From: an uncultured bacterium
Lineage (GTDB): Bacteria; Pseudomonadota; Gammaproteobacteria; Methylococcales; Methylomonadaceae
Assembly: GCA_965366065.1 (NCBI GenBank)
Contig: CBDUDV010000014.1
Span: 141-64,140 of the forward strand
Direction of reading: 5' to 3'
DNA: 64,000 nucleotides
The notes beneath the pieces were generated by a model. It saw nothing but the letters and a program-made list of their open reading frames with translations. It made no database searches and had not been told where the DNA came from. Both the position numbers and the translations under genes were made by a program. Of the stretch, positions 61,848 to 64,000 are shown one piece after another. The number at the start of each line of letters is the position of its first letter. Within the stretch, counting starts at the first letter, position 1.

Positions 61848-61922
61848 TGGGCTGTCGCCAAGCGGTAAGGCACGGGGTTTTGATCTCCGCATACCCAGGT
61901 TCGAATCCTGGCAGCCCAGCCA
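61848..61922 (+). tRNA. tRNA-Gln (anticodon TTG)
   Basis: Cloverleaf TGGGCTG...CAGCCCA-G-CCA; anticodon loop TTTTGAT; GTTCGAATC; between ispE and prs. Confidence 0.95.
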
Positions 61923-61966
61923 ATTTCTCCTAATTAAATCAATTATTTACTAAGTCAAGGTGCTCT

Positions 61967-62920
61967 ATGAGTGATTCTTCAATGATGATTTTTTCTGGGA
62001 ATGCTCACGTAAAGCTCGCTAGAAAAATTGCACAGCATCTTAATATTCGTCTGGGAATGGCGACTGTTGGTAGATTTAGTGATGGTGAGGTTACGGTAGA
62101 GATTGAGGAAAATGTAAGAGATAAAGATATTTTTATTATTCAGCCTACATGTGCGCCGACTAATGAGAATTTAATGGAATTACTGGTGATGATTGATGCG
62201 CTAAGGAGGGCGTCAGCATCACGTATAACTGCGGTTATGCCATATTACGGATATGCGAGACAAGATAGAAGGTCGCGTTCAGCAAGGGTGGCTATTTCTG
62301 CAAAGTTAGTGGCTAAAATGGTGGGTGTTGCTGGGGCGGATAGAGTTCTGACCGTTGATTTGCATGCTGATCAGATTCAAGGTTTTTTTGATATCCCTGT
62401 TGATAATGTTTATGCGTCTCCTCTTTTGCTGGGTGATGTGTGGCGACAAAAGTATAAAGATGTAATTGTAGTTTCACCTGATGTCGGTGGTGTTGTTAGG
62501 GCGAGAGCATTAGCAAAGCGATTGGATGATGCTGATCTGGCAATTATTGACAAGCGTCGACCAATGGCGAATGTTGCGCAGGTGATGCATATTATAGGTG
62601 ATGTTAGTGGTAAAACCTGTATTATGATTGATGATTTAGTTGATACTGCGGGTACGCTTTGTAGTGCGGCGAAAGCATTAAAAGAGCAAGGGGCGGTTAG
62701 GGTTGTTGCATATTGCACGCATCCTGTGTTGTCTGGAGCTGCAATAGAAAATTTACGCAACTCTGAATTAGATGAATTGATTGTTACAGATACAATTCCT
62801 TTAAATGAAGAGGCGGCAGGATTGGTTAAGATTAGGCAATTAAGTGTTGCTGAAATGTTGGCTGAAACAATTAGAAGAATTTCGGTGGGTGAGTCAGTGA
62901 GCTCACTGTATGTTGATTAA
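61967..62920 (+). CDS. prs: Ribose-phosphate pyrophosphokinase
   Basis: [25 protein letters not shown]. Confidence 0.97.
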   Translation: MSDSSMMIFSGNAHVKLARKIAQHLNIRLGMATVGRFSDGEVTVEIEENVRDKDIFIIQPTCAPTNENLMELLVMIDALRRASASRITAVMPYYGYARQDRRSRSARVAISAKLVAKMVGVAGADRVLTVDLHADQIQGFFDIPVDNVYASPLLLGDVWRQKYKDVIVVSPDVGGVVRARALAKRLDDADLAIIDKRRPMANVAQVMHIIGDVSGKTCIMIDDLVDTAGTLCSAAKALKEQGAVRVVAYCTHPVLSGAAIENLRNSELDELIVTDTIPLNEEAAGLVKIRQLSVAEMLAETIRRISVGESVSSLYVD

Positions 62921-62955
62921 AATTTAAGTTACTGTTTGTGGGTGTGGAGAGATAG

Positions 62956-63597
62956 ATGTCTAGTGTTTTTGAATTTGAAGCTGTAAGTAGAGAAAAGAAA
63001 GGCACGGGGGCTGCAAAGGCAACTCGTCGCGGTGGTGAAGTTCCTGCGGTTGTTTATGGTGGTTCTGCTGAGCCTGAGCATGTGGTGCTAAGTCATAATG
63101 AAGTTGCTAAAAGTTTGGCGAATGAAGCTGTCTATTCGCATGTATTGCAACTTGTTGTTGATGGGAAATCACAGAATGTGATTTTAAAAGATATGCAAAG
63201 ACATCCTGCAAAAGAGACGGTTTTGCATATGGACTTTTTGCGCATCAATATGAACGAAAAAATTAAAGTTCATGTGCCTTTGCATTTCATTAATGAAGCT
63301 GAGTCAATTGGTGTAAAAGCGGGTGGTGTTGTAACTCATTCAGTAGTTGAGATTGAGGTTGCTTGTTTGCCTGGTGTATTGCCTGAGTATATTGAAGTTG
63401 ATATGGCTGGAATTGATATTGGCGGCTCTGTGCATTTGACTGATATTGTGGTTCCTGAAGGTATTGAAATATTAGCGTTAACGCATGGCGAAGATCATAA
63501 TCTTCCAGTTGCACAAATTATGCTAACACGATCTTCTGCAAGTGATGATGAAGAGGTTGTTGCTGCTGCTGAAGAAGATGATTCTGCTGCTGAGTAG
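62956..63597 (+). CDS. rplY: 50S ribosomal protein L25/Ctc
   Basis: VPAVVYGG, QRHPAK, HMDFLR. Confidence 0.95.
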   Translation: MSSVFEFEAVSREKKGTGAAKATRRGGEVPAVVYGGSAEPEHVVLSHNEVAKSLANEAVYSHVLQLVVDGKSQNVILKDMQRHPAKETVLHMDFLRINMNEKIKVHVPLHFINEAESIGVKAGGVVTHSVVEIEVACLPGVLPEYIEVDMAGIDIGGSVHLTDIVVPEGIEILALTHGEDHNLPVAQIMLTRSSASDDEEVVAAAEEDDSAAE

Positions 63598-64000
63598 TGA
63601 TTAAGTTGGTTGTTGGCCTGGGTAATCCAGGGCAAAAATACTCAAAAACCCGGCATAATGCTGGGTTTTTGTTGTTAGATGAGTTGGCGAGAATTGAGGG
63701 GCGGGAGTTTTCCTTGCAGTCTCGATTTTTAGGGAGTTTGGCTGAGGTCGTTACTTCGGTAGGAAAGGTTTATTTGTTAAAGCCAAATACCTTTATGAAT
63801 CGAAGTGGTCAGTCGGTATCTTTAGTAATGAGGTACTTTAAAATTCTGCCAGAAGAAGTGCTGGTTGTGCATGATGAGTTGGATTTCTCGGTTGGCAGGA
63901 TGAAGCTGAAGTTTTCTGGAGGTCATGGAGGGCATAACGGTTTAAGAGATATTATTGCTGCATTGGGTGGTAAGGATTTCTTAAGGCTCAGAATTGGGAT
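63597..64000 (+). CDS. pth: Peptidyl-tRNA hydrolase, 5' part (runs off window; not in ORF track)
   Basis: GTG start overlapping the rplY stop; MIKLVVGLGNPG, TRHNAG, VVHDELD, GGHNGL. Confidence 0.93.
   Translation, partial: MIKLVVGLGNPGQKYSKTRHNAGFLLLDELARIEGREFSLQSRFLGSLAEVVTSVGKVYLLKPNTFMNRSGQSVSLVMRYFKILPEEVLVVHDELDFSVGRMKLKFSGGHGGHNGLRDIIAALGGKDFLRLRIG

Overview
A 64-kb chromosomal window from a low-GC (roughly 40% by eye, not computed) gammaproteobacterial methanotroph (Methylococcales; Methyloprofundus-like, by inference). The centrepiece is a complete soluble methane monooxygenase cluster (sigma-54 promoter, mmoXYBZDC, small orf, mmoG, mmoR). It sits between two directly oriented groES-groEL operons whose GroELs are about 95% identical but whose GroES proteins are only about 71% identical. 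The window also holds pqqABCDE, recC/recB, pilS/pilR, pepN, hemN, moaB/moeB, rpmB/rpmG, gshB-tonB, the hemA-prfA-prmC block, the lolB-ispE-tRNA-Gln-prs-rplY-pth block, and a periplasmic protein/porin/GGDEF-EAL triad. Accessory signals: an 878-aa acidic lipoprotein with a Met/Cys/His-rich tail, a StyC-like membrane protein, a structured mmoX leader with a second upstream sigma-54 site, a DnaA-box/IHF cluster, an 81-bp duplication in mltF, and a family of small TIR-bounded elements carrying REP doublets, one with a nested MITE. No CRISPR array, rRNA gene or intact transposase was seen. All homology calls rest on recognition of motifs and sequences, not database searches.
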